This document shows positions 17,455-25,385 of a DNA stretch of 47,264 nt, piece after piece. A program made the position numbers and the translations under genes. Origin of the DNA: Acidobacteriota bacterium (GTDB lineage: Bacteria; Acidobacteriota; Vicinamibacteria; Vicinamibacterales; CAVVIG01). Every line of letters starts with the position of its first letter. Within the stretch, counting starts at the first letter, position 1. The stretch spans positions 1 through 47,264 of the forward strand of contig JAHFUJ010000005.1 in assembly GCA_023265105.1 (NCBI GenBank), written 5' to 3'. Under the pieces are notes generated by a model. That model saw nothing but the letters and a program-made list of their open reading frames with translations, made no database searches and was not told the origin of the DNA.

Positions 17455-19935
17455 ATGGCTTCACTGGGCACGTTCCTGCTGTTCGCCTCCTTCGTCGTCT
17501 GCAGCTACGCGGCCGTCGTCTCGGTCGTCGGCGCGCGGCGCGGATCGCGCCGGCTGATTGAAAGCGGCATCGGAGCGTTCTATCTCGTCTGCGCGCTGAT
17601 GACGGTCGCCTCGGCCGTCATAATCAACGCGTTTCTCACCGACGATTTCTCGATCAAGTACGTCGAGCACTACTCGGACAGCGTGCAGCCGCTCTTCTAC
17701 AAGATCACGTCCTATTGGGGCGGCCTCGACGGGTCGATCATGTTCTGGGTGTTTCTGTTGTCGGTGTTCGGCGCCATTGCGGTGTACGTGAACCGCGAGG
17801 CCCACCGCGAGCTGATCCCATACGTCGTCGCCACCATTTCGACCGTTGAGATGTTCTTTCTCTATCTGATGGTCGTCCACAAGAACCCGTTCACGACGTT
17901 CCTGACCACCGTGCCCCAAGACGGCCAGGGACTCAACCCGCTCCTCCAGAACTACTGGATGGCGATTCACCCGCCGTCGCTCTACACCGGTTTCGTTGGG
18001 ATGACGATTCCGTTTGCGTTCTGCATTGCCGCGTTGATCACCGGTCATCTGGACGATTCCTGGCTGCGAGCGGTTCGCCGCTGGACGATGTTCGCGTGGC
18101 TGTTCCTCACCTTCGGGCTGACGCTCGGGATGATCTGGGCGTACGAAGTGCTCGGGTGGGGCGGCTACTGGGGCTGGGATCCGGTCGAAAACGCGGGCCT
18201 CCTGCCGTGGTTTACGGCCACGGCCTTCCTGCATTCGGTGATGGTGCAGGAGCGGCGGAGCATGCTGCGCGTCTGGAACGTCACGCTCGTGATCATGACG
18301 TTCTTCCTGACGATCTTCGGGACGTTCATGACCCGCTCCGGCGTCGTGCAGTCGGTGCACGCCTTCGGCGACGACCCGATGCTCGCGCGGCTCTTCACCA
18401 TGTTCATGATCGCCATCGTGACCTTCAGCTTTGGCCTCGTGATCTACCGGCTGCCGCTGTTGCGCGCGCGCAACGAGCTCGACTCGTGGATGTCGCGCGA
18501 GGCGGCGTTCCTGGTGAACAACTGGGTGCTGCTGTTCTCGGCGCTCTTCATCCTGTTCGCCACGATGTTCCCGACGCTCAGCGAAGCGGTCACCGGAACG
18601 CGGTTGACCGTCGCCGCGCCGTTCTTCAACACGTGGATGGTGCCGATCGGCCTCATCTTGCTGTTCCTGACCGGCGTCGGTCCGATGCTTGCCTGGCGCA
18701 AATCAACCCTCAGCAACCTTCGCGATCAGTTCATGTGGTCCGGGGCCACTGCCGCCGCCGTCGGCCTGCTCGTCGCCGCGCTGGGTGTGCGTCTGTGGTC
18801 GTCGGGCCTCTGTTTCGCGCTGTGCGGCTTCGTCACCGGCACAATCGTGCAGGAATTCTGGCGCGGCGGAAACGTGCGCCGGAAGAACACCGGCACCGAT
18901 CTGTTCACGGCGATCGTCGGTCTTGTCGGCCGGAACAAGCGTCGGTATGGCGGCTATATCGTTCATCTCGGCATCGTCCTGATGTTTCTCGGATTCGGCG
19001 GCAACGGCGCGAAAAAGGACGAGACGGTCCGGCTCAAGCTCGGGCAACAGGCGACGGTCGGCGAGTTCACTGTCCGGAACGACGGCGTCAAGCTCAGCGA
19101 CGACGGCCAGAAGCAGATGATCACCGGCTACATCCCCGTGTTCAAGGACGGGAAACAAATCGACACGATGTATCCGGGTCGATCGATCTTCCGGAAGCAC
19201 GAAAAGGAAGAAGCGAGGACGGACGTCGCGATCCGGCGTTCTCTTGCGCAGGATTTGTACATCGTCCTGCCGGGCGATATCGATTTCGGGACGCAGTCGA
19301 TCAGCCTGCAAGTCGTGGTCAACCCGCTCGTGGACTGGATCTGGCTGGGGTTCGGCGTGCTGGCGTTCGGGACGGGCATCGCGCTGCTGCCCGAGCGAGC
19401 GTATTCCTTTGCGCTCGCGAAGCTGCCCGCTGAAGTCGCCACAGGCGCTATCGCTCTGTTCATCACGGTCGCGTTGAGCGCGGTGTCGCTCTCCGCGCAG
19501 CAGCATGAGGACGATCCCACCGCCGCGATATCGACCCCCAAGAACGCGCTCGAGCAGCAGCTTCGGCAGGAGATGGGCTGCGTCTGCGGCACGTGCGCGC
19601 ACGAGCCGCTCACCAAGTGCACCTGCGGCCAGGCGCAGCGCATGCGTGCCGAGCTTCGCGCCCAAATCGACCAGGGCAAGAATCACGACGAGATCGTCCA
19701 GGCGTTTATCGGCCTCTACGGCGGGCAACAGTTTCTGACTGCGCCGATCGACAAGGGCTTCAACCGCGTGGCCTGGCTGTTCCCGTACCTGCTCGCCGGA
19801 TCCGGGGCGGTGGCGCTCGGCTTCACGGCCGTCCGCTGGTCGCGGCGGCACGCGTCCGCGTCCCCCGACCCGTTCGACCCCGCCGACGCGCAGCTCGAAG
19901 AGCGGCTCGACGATGAGCTCAGAAACCTCGACTGA
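17455..19935 (+). CDS. ccmF: CcmF heme lyase fused to a C-terminal CcmH-like domain
   Basis: The CcmF WWD region WGGYWGWDPVENAGLLPW and conserved His residues are present. After ~650 aa comes LRQEMGCVCGTCAHEPLTKCTCGQAQRMRAELRAQIDQGKNHDEIVQAFIGLYGGQQFLTAPIDKGFNRVAWLFPYLL plus a TM segment, which aligns with CcmH/NrfF. Confidence 0.9.
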   Translation: MASLGTFLLFASFVVCSYAAVVSVVGARRGSRRLIESGIGAFYLVCALMTVASAVIINAFLTDDFSIKYVEHYSDSVQPLFYKITSYWGGLDGSIMFWVFLLSVFGAIAVYVNREAHRELIPYVVATISTVEMFFLYLMVVHKNPFTTFLTTVPQDGQGLNPLLQNYWMAIHPPSLYTGFVGMTIPFAFCIAALITGHLDDSWLRAVRRWTMFAWLFLTFGLTLGMIWAYEVLGWGGYWGWDPVENAGLLPWFTATAFLHSVMVQERRSMLRVWNVTLVIMTFFLTIFGTFMTRSGVVQSVHAFGDDPMLARLFTMFMIAIVTFSFGLVIYRLPLLRARNELDSWMSREAAFLVNNWVLLFSALFILFATMFPTLSEAVTGTRLTVAAPFFNTWMVPIGLILLFLTGVGPMLAWRKSTLSNLRDQFMWSGATAAAVGLLVAALGVRLWSSGLCFALCGFVTGTIVQEFWRGGNVRRKNTGTDLFTAIVGLVGRNKRRYGGYIVHLGIVLMFLGFGGNGAKKDETVRLKLGQQATVGEFTVRNDGVKLSDDGQKQMITGYIPVFKDGKQIDTMYPGRSIFRKHEKEEARTDVAIRRSLAQDLYIVLPGDIDFGTQSISLQVVVNPLVDWIWLGFGVLAFGTGIALLPERAYSFALAKLPAEVATGAIALFITVALSAVSLSAQQHEDDPTAAISTPKNALEQQLRQEMGCVCGTCAHEPLTKCTCGQAQRMRAELRAQIDQGKNHDEIVQAFIGLYGGQQFLTAPIDKGFNRVAWLFPYLLAGSGAVALGFTAVRWSRRHASASPDPFDPADAQLEERLDDELRNLD

Positions 19936-20509
19936 TCCCGGCCTTCAACCCTGGCAATTTTTCGTGCTTGCGGGCCTCGCGTGTGCGACTGTTGCGACCT
20001 TCATGGTGCGCGGGCAGGGCGTTGTCGCCGTCGTGCTGCTCAGCGTGCTGATGGCGGCGACCGCGCTCGTCGGTATTGCGGTGTTGCGCGCCCTCGGTCC
20101 CCTCGTGTCTCCGCGGGACGACCGTACGTCGATGATCGGTCACCGAACGAGAGCGGCGCTCGAACGCGAAAAGATGCTCGCGCTGCGGTCCATCAAAGAA
20201 CTTGAATTCGATCGCGCGATGGGCAAACTGTCCGACGCCGATTGGCAGGAGATGTCGGGCCGGCTGCGCGCGCGCGCCGGCCGGTTGATGCGCCAGCTCG
20301 ATGCGGGCGCCGGGTATCGCGAGCAGATCGAGCGCGACCTCGCGACCCGCCTCGCGCACACGCCGGGTCCTAATGACGCGGCCTCCGTACGTGGGGCGGA
20401 CGCTGTGGGTCCGCCAACCCACGTTGTGAGTCCGGCGGCCTGCGCCAACTGTTCGACGGTCAACGACACCGACGCGCGCTTCTGTAAGTCGTGCGGGCAG
20501 AAGCTGTGA
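19913..20509 (+). CDS. Membrane protein with cytoplasmic coiled segment and C-terminal zinc-ribbon, unknown function (ccm-embedded)
   Basis: Two TM segments (FFVLAGLACATVATFMV, VVAVVLLSVLMAATALVGIAVL) are followed by LEREKMLALRSIKELEFDRAMGKLSDADWQEM and the C-terminal CANCSTVNDTDARFCKSCGQKL. The gene overlaps the ccmF end by 23 nt. Confidence 0.7.
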   Translation: MSSETSTDPGLQPWQFFVLAGLACATVATFMVRGQGVVAVVLLSVLMAATALVGIAVLRALGPLVSPRDDRTSMIGHRTRAALEREKMLALRSIKELEFDRAMGKLSDADWQEMSGRLRARAGRLMRQLDAGAGYREQIERDLATRLAHTPGPNDAASVRGADAVGPPTHVVSPAACANCSTVNDTDARFCKSCGQKL

Positions 20510-20526
20510 CTCCGCCGCGCCGTTTC

Positions 20527-20612
20527 ATCACGAAGACACGAAGAAACGAAGGAGCACGAAGTTCTTTGATCAAGAGTTTCGTGATCTTCGTGGGTTTTCG
20601 TGCCTTCGTGAT
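20527..20612. repeat. CACGAAG-unit hairpin, termini ATCACGAAG / CTTCGTGAT, followed by 3x CCTTGGTGT (20626-20658)
   Basis: atcacgaagacacgaagaaacgaaggagcacgaag ttctttgatcaagag tttcgtgatcttcgtgggttttcgtgccttcgtgat. This is the same family as 1354-1447 and lies inside the ccm gene string. Confidence 0.85.
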
Positions 20613-21834
20613 ACCGCTGTCGATTCCGTTCCTTGGTGTCCTTGGTGTCCTTTGTGTCAGCCGAGCGCAGCTGGCGGCGCAGATCGAGATGCCCGATCCC
20701 AAACAGATGTCGGGCATTCCACGCCCAGTGACCGACCTGCCCGACGGCTCGGTGTCGGTCCGGTTGATTCGCGGCAGTCTCTCGAACAACATCACCAATC
20801 ATCCGGTCGAGCTTCACGTCGGCTCCAAGGTCCAGACGGCGAAGACCGACGACAGTGGGCGCGCGCAGTTCGACGGCCTCACGGCCGGCGCGTCGCTCAA
20901 AGCGGTGGCGGTCGTCGATGGCGAGCGTCTGGAGTCGCAGGAATTCCCCGCGCCGGCTCGAGGCGGCGTCCGGCTCTTGCTGGTTGCCACCGACAACACC
21001 AAGAAGCCCGAGCCGGCCGCAACGGCGCCCGTGTCTGGTCAGGTCGCCCTCGGGGGAGACTCGCGCGTCGTCCTGGAGCCGGGCGAGGAAACGGTGCGGA
21101 TGTACTACATCCTGGACATCGTCAACAGCGCGCGCGCGCCGGTCAACCTGGCGACGCCGTTCGTGTTCGACATGCCCACCGGCGCCGTGGGCACGACGGT
21201 CATCGAGGGATCGTCACCGCAGGCGAAGGTCAGCGGCACTCGCGTGAGCGTGCAGGGGCCATTTGCGCCCGGTCGCACATCCGTGCAGATCGGGTGTGAG
21301 CTGCCGGTGCCCGCTGACACGCTGCACGTGACGCAGCAATTTCCAGCGCCGCTCGAGCGCCTCGCCGTCATCGTGAAAAAGGTCGGTGCGACGACGTTGA
21401 GCTCGCCGCAGATCACCAGTCAACGGGATCTCACGGCCGAGGGCCAGACCTTCATCCTTGCGACGGGCGGCGCGGTCGCCGCCGGGCAGCCCCTCGTGAT
21501 GTCGCTCGGCGAGCTGCCACACCACAGTTCGGCGCCACGCGGGATCGCGCTCTCGCTCGTCGTCGCCATTGTCGCCGCCGGCGTCTGGGCGTCACGCCGG
21601 CCCGGAGACACGGCGGCGCGCGTGGCCGAGCGACGGCGCCTCATCGCGCGGCGTGACAAGCTGTTCAACGACCTCGTCCGCCTCGAGCGCGAACGTCGAA
21701 CTGGCCGCGGGGATGAGGCGCGCTATCGGGCGCGCCGTGAAGAGATGGTGGCCGCCCTCGAGCACATCTACGGCGCTCTCGACGGCGACGATACCGGCCC
21801 CGAGCCTGCGACCGGCGCGGGTCTCGCGGCGTGA
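20566..21834 (+). CDS. Exported protein with carboxypeptidase-regulatory-like beta-sandwich, C-terminal TM anchor and cytoplasmic charged helix; unknown function (ccm-embedded)
   Basis: HVGSKVQTAKTDDSGRAQFDGLTAGASLKAVAVV is beta-sandwich-like. A late TM segment IALSLVVAIVAAGVWA is followed by RRRLIARRDKLFNDLVRLERERR. Start is uncertain: TTG 20566 gives a signal peptide IKSFVIFVGFRAFVIPLSIPFLGVLGVLCVSRA encoded by the repeats. Alternatives are 20491 and ATG 20689. Confidence 0.65.
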   Translation: MIKSFVIFVGFRAFVIPLSIPFLGVLGVLCVSRAQLAAQIEMPDPKQMSGIPRPVTDLPDGSVSVRLIRGSLSNNITNHPVELHVGSKVQTAKTDDSGRAQFDGLTAGASLKAVAVVDGERLESQEFPAPARGGVRLLLVATDNTKKPEPAATAPVSGQVALGGDSRVVLEPGEETVRMYYILDIVNSARAPVNLATPFVFDMPTGAVGTTVIEGSSPQAKVSGTRVSVQGPFAPGRTSVQIGCELPVPADTLHVTQQFPAPLERLAVIVKKVGATTLSSPQITSQRDLTAEGQTFILATGGAVAAGQPLVMSLGELPHHSSAPRGIALSLVVAIVAAGVWASRRPGDTAARVAERRRLIARRDKLFNDLVRLERERRTGRGDEARYRARREEMVAALEHIYGALDGDDTGPEPATGAGLAA

Positions 21835-22532
21835 TGAGTGATTTCGACCAGGTGCGGCTGGTCGATGTGTCACGGCACTTCGGCCGGCGGCGGGCCGTGT
21901 CGCACGTCTCACTTTCGGCCCGGTCTGGCGAGATCGTCGGCCTCCTCGGTCCCAACGGCGCAGGGAAGTCGACGCTGATCGGCGTTCTCGCGACGCTCGT
22001 CGCTCCGACGAGCGGCGGTGTCTACTATGGCGACGGTTCACGCGGCGCGGACGCGGCGCTGCGGAAACGAATCGGTTTGCTGGCGCACGAGCCGCACCTG
22101 TACCCCGAACTTTCCGCGCGCCAGAACCTGACGTTTTTCGCCGAGCTCTATGGAGTGAAGGCCCGCGAGACGGTCGATCGCGCGCTCGACGCCGCTGGGC
22201 TCGGCGACCGCGGCGAGGACGAGGTCTCGGGATTTTCGCGCGGCATGCGCCAGCGGCTCGCGCTCGAGCGCGCGTTGCTGCATCGGCCGCGACTGGTGCT
22301 GCTCGACGAGCCGTTCACGGGCCTCGACGACCGCTCGGTCGGGGTTGTGACGGATCGGCTGCGGCGTCTCGCGGCGGACGGCGCTATCGTCTGGCTCGCC
22401 ACGCACGATCTCGATCTGGCCGACGGCCTGGTCACCCATGTCGCGCTCATGCGCGACGGCCGGATGCTTGTGAACGAGCCGGCGGCCCCCGGGCTGCGCG
22501 CCCGCTATCGGGCGCTCATCGGAAGCGCGTGA
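21831..22532 (+). CDS. ccmA: Heme exporter ABC ATPase CcmA
   Basis: Walker A GPNGAGKSTL, signature SGFSRGMRQRL and Walker B LVLLDEP are present. The gene is adjacent to ccmB and ccmC. Confidence 0.9.
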   Translation: MMSDFDQVRLVDVSRHFGRRRAVSHVSLSARSGEIVGLLGPNGAGKSTLIGVLATLVAPTSGGVYYGDGSRGADAALRKRIGLLAHEPHLYPELSARQNLTFFAELYGVKARETVDRALDAAGLGDRGEDEVSGFSRGMRQRLALERALLHRPRLVLLDEPFTGLDDRSVGVVTDRLRRLAADGAIVWLATHDLDLADGLVTHVALMRDGRMLVNEPAAPGLRARYRALIGSA

Positions 22533-22551
22533 CCGCGGCTGCGGAGACACC

Positions 22552-23229
22552 GTGTTTCTGAAAGTCGCGCTGCTCGTGCTGCGGAAAGACTTCGCGATCG
22601 AGGTTAGGAGCCGCGAAATCCTTTTCACGACGCTGTTCTTCGCGCTGTCGTGCGTGCTGGTGTTTTCGTTCGCCTTCGTCAAAGAGGGCGAGCCGCTCGA
22701 AGACGCGGCGTCCGGCATTCTGTGGATTGCGATCGCGTTCGCCGGGACGCTGGCGCTCGGGCGGACGTTCGAGCGCGAGCGGTACGGCGAAACGCTGCGG
22801 GCGCTCTTGCTCGCGCCGGCGCCGCGGCCGGCCATTTACGTCGGCAAGCTGATCGGCATCGTGCTCCTGCTCGTGGTCGCCGAGGCGCTCCTGGTTCCGC
22901 TCGTGGCGCTGCTGTTTCAGGCCACGCTCTTTGCGCGTCCGTTGCTGCTGAGCGGGCTGTTGCTGGCGGGAACCATCGGATTCTGCGCCGTCGGGACGCT
23001 GTTCGCGGCGATGCTCGTGCGGGCCCGGACGCGCGACGTCATGCTGCCGATCTTGTTGTATCCGATCACGGTTCCGGTGATCATTGCCGGTGTGCGTGGG
23101 ACCTCGGCGTTGCTGCAGGCCACGCCCGACGAAGCGGCGGCGACGATGTGGATCGCCTTGCTGGTGTGTTTCGATGTCGTCTTCGTCACGCTGGCGTTGT
23201 GGACGTTCGAACCGCTCATGACAGAATGA
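22552..23229 (+). CDS. ccmB: Heme exporter membrane protein CcmB
   Basis: GTG start. A 6-TM protein with LRKDFAIEVRSREIL...FERERYGETLRALLLAP, typical of CcmB. Confidence 0.88.
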   Translation: MFLKVALLVLRKDFAIEVRSREILFTTLFFALSCVLVFSFAFVKEGEPLEDAASGILWIAIAFAGTLALGRTFERERYGETLRALLLAPAPRPAIYVGKLIGIVLLLVVAEALLVPLVALLFQATLFARPLLLSGLLLAGTIGFCAVGTLFAAMLVRARTRDVMLPILLYPITVPVIIAGVRGTSALLQATPDEAAATMWIALLVCFDVVFVTLALWTFEPLMTE

Positions 23230-23238
23230 CGACGAGGA

Positions 23239-23336
23239 ACCACGGAGGACACGGCCTACTCTCGCCGGCATAACGGAGAACACGGAAATCTCTAGTATGC
23301 CCGTGACCTCCGTTCGTCTTCCGTGCTCTCCGTGGT
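23239..23336. repeat. CACGGA-unit hairpin, termini ACCACGGAG / CTCCGTGGT, between ccmB and ccmC
   Basis: accacggaggacacggcc ... aacggagaacacggaaatctctagtatgcccgtgacctccgttcgtcttccgtgctctccgtggt. Confidence 0.8.
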
Positions 23337-23347
23337 AGAGCTTTCCT

Positions 23348-24004
23348 ATGCGAAAGATATTTACGCCCCTCACTGTCCTCGTCGCCCTGATGTTCGTCTA
23401 CGCCCCGGTGATGATCGCCAACGCGCCCTACGAGTCGACCATGGGGCTCGTGCAAAAGATTTTTTACTTCCACGTGCCCGCGTGGTGGGCGATGTTCACG
23501 GGCGTGCTCATCTGCGGGATCGGGAGCGCGATGCACCTCTTTCGCCGCGCGCCGGCGGCAGACCGTCTGGCTGCCGCCGCGGGCGAGCTGACGGTGCTGT
23601 TCGGCGCGATCGGCCTGGTCACCGGACCGCTCTGGGGCCGCAAGGCGTGGGGCGTGTGGTGGCAATGGGACGCGCGGCTCACCATGGCGCTGCTGCTTGA
23701 ATTGATCTTCGTCGGCTACTTGCTGGTGCGAAAGTACGGCGGCCCGGGCTCGGACAAGCTGGGCGCCGCGATGGCCGTGTTCGGCATGGCCAACGTGCCG
23801 TTCGTGTACGTCTCGGTGAACATCTGGCGCACCGTCCATCCGAAAACGAGCGTAGTGCCGACACTCGGCCCCGGCATGTTCGGCGCGTTCTGGTACAGCG
23901 TGCTGTCATTCATGCTTCTGTTTACGTTGCTGCTGACGATCCGGTTTCACCTCGAGCAGCAGCGCGCCGAGCTCGATCGGCTCTATCTTGCGGAAGAGGA
24001 GTGA
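23348..24004 (+). CDS. ccmC: Heme exporter/heme handling protein CcmC
   Basis: The WWD motif WGVWWQWDARLT and conserved His (FYFHVPAWW) are present in a 6-TM protein. Confidence 0.92.
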   Translation: MRKIFTPLTVLVALMFVYAPVMIANAPYESTMGLVQKIFYFHVPAWWAMFTGVLICGIGSAMHLFRRAPAADRLAAAAGELTVLFGAIGLVTGPLWGRKAWGVWWQWDARLTMALLLELIFVGYLLVRKYGGPGSDKLGAAMAVFGMANVPFVYVSVNIWRTVHPKTSVVPTLGPGMFGAFWYSVLSFMLLFTLLLTIRFHLEQQRAELDRLYLAEEE

Positions 24005-24011
24005 CGTGGTG

Positions 24012-24287
24012 ATGCGACGCGTCTTGATCGCGATGTCTTCAATGATCTTACTGACCGCGCCGGCGTACGCCTTCCAGCCTGCGGCTGGGCAGAGCGAGTT
24101 CGTGCCGGTCAACCAGTTGCCCCCCGCCGACCAGCTTCCGGCGGCGCCGCTGCTCATCGCCGCCTACGCGTTCGTGTGGGTCGTGCTGATGCTGTACTTG
24201 TGGTCGATCTGGCGGCGGCTCGGCAAGGTCGAGGTCGACATGCGCTCGCTCGAGCAGCGAGGAGCCGCCCGGAAGGGCGGGCGATGA
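24012..24287 (+). CDS. ccmD: CcmD-family small membrane protein (long form with signal-like N-terminus)
   Basis: The single TM LLIAAYAFVWVVLMLYLWSIWRRLGKVE resembles CcmD, and the gene lies directly after ccmC. Start is taken at ATG 24012. Confidence 0.65.
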   Translation: MRRVLIAMSSMILLTAPAYAFQPAAGQSEFVPVNQLPPADQLPAAPLLIAAYAFVWVVLMLYLWSIWRRLGKVEVDMRSLEQRGAARKGGR

Positions 24288-24433
24288 CCGCCGGACACTT
24301 TATCTTTATCCCGGCGGTCCTGCTCGTGGGCGTTGTCGTCGGCTGGATCCTCGGGTCGCGCGCCGCTCGCGACGCCTACGCGGTGGAGTTGAAACGGCGG
24401 GAGGAACGCGCGGCCAAAGGCGGCCCGCGATGA
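24284..24433 (+). CDS. 49-aa single-TM protein, unknown function
   Basis: MTAGHFIFIPAVLLVGVVVGWILGSRAARDAYAVELKRREERAAKGGPR. The ATG overlaps the preceding stop (ATGA), suggesting translational coupling. Confidence 0.45.
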   Translation: MTAGHFIFIPAVLLVGVVVGWILGSRAARDAYAVELKRREERAAKGGPR

Positions 24434-24441
24434 GCGCCGGA

Positions 24442-24539
24442 GGAATTTGGAATTAGGAATTAAGAATTAGGAATTAAGAATTAGTTTAGGAACTCGAGTT
24501 CTTAATTGTTCTTAATTCTTAATTCACAATTCCAAATTT
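24442..24539. repeat. AT-rich long hairpin of AATTARG heptamers around a GAACTCGAGTTC centre
   Basis: ggaatttggaattaggaattaagaattaggaattaagaattagtttaggaac tcga gttcttaattgttcttaattcttaattcacaattccaaatttc. It fills the whole gap between convergent genes. Confidence 0.9.
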
Positions 24540-25286
24540 CTACCGTCCCACCGCCAACCGGTGCGCCAGCACCTCGGGCAGCCCCGCCATCACCAGCTTC
24601 GCCTGCGTCTCTTCGACGGCGTACCTGATGCGAAACAACTCGACGGCTCGCGCCGCGGTGTCCACAATCGCGTACGCCGCGCGCGGATCGCCGTCGCGCG
24701 GCTGGCCCACCGAACCGGGGTTGACGAGATACTTCGATCGGGGACGCATCGACAGCAGCTGCATTTCCGCGGCGGCGATCGGGTCGATGCTGTCGAACAT
24801 CCCGTCGGACAACTCGAAGGAGACGGGGTAGTGGGTGTGACCGAACAGGCAAAGAGGACGCACCGACGTTTTCAGCGCGTGTACGGCATCGAGCTCGTCG
24901 AAGATGTAGGAGTCTTCGTCAAACGGCGCTCCGTGGCAGATTTCGACCACCTCGTCGACAATCGTCGGCCCCAGCGGAAGCGACGCCAGCCATTCGCGGT
25001 TCGCGGGCGTCAACACCTCGTGGGTCCATCGGGCGGCGTTCTTCGCCACGGTGTTGAAGCCGTCGGGCGGCTCCAGTCCGGATGCCACTTTGTCGTGATT
25101 GCCGCGCACGATGGCCATCGGAGCCAGGTCCTGGATGCGCTTGACGGCGGCGTTCGGCTCGGGGCCGTAGCCGACCAGATCGCCCAAGACGAGGGCGCCA
25201 TCGTAGCCGCGCGCGGTCGCGTCGGCGAGACAGGCGTCGAGCGCCTCCATGTTCGCGTGAATATCGGTCAGGACAAGATAGCGCAT
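24540..25286 (-). CDS. Metallophosphoesterase (calcineurin-like, YfcE/MJ0936-type)
   Basis: MRYLVLTDIHAN, VLGDLVGYGPEP, RGNHD and FGHTHYP motifs are present. Start is taken at ATG 25286. Confidence 0.88.
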   Translation of the reverse strand: MRYLVLTDIHANMEALDACLADATARGYDGALVLGDLVGYGPEPNAAVKRIQDLAPMAIVRGNHDKVASGLEPPDGFNTVAKNAARWTHEVLTPANREWLASLPLGPTIVDEVVEICHGAPFDEDSYIFDELDAVHALKTSVRPLCLFGHTHYPVSFELSDGMFDSIDPIAAAEMQLLSMRPRSKYLVNPGSVGQPRDGDPRAAYAIVDTAARAVELFRIRYAVEETQAKLVMAGLPEVLAHRLAVGR

Positions 25287-25289
25287 CAG

Positions 25290-25385
25290 TGCACGGACAG
25301 ACCAATGCACGAATGCACGAATGCACGAATGCACAAGTCGAAGCGGTGAACCCCGTGCATTATTGCATTGTTGCATTCCTGCATT
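25290..25385. repeat. Hairpin of AATGCACG octamers versus TGCATT units
   Basis: ccaatgcacgaatgcacgaatgcacgaatgcac ... gtgcattattgcattgttgcattcctgcatt. Confidence 0.85.
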
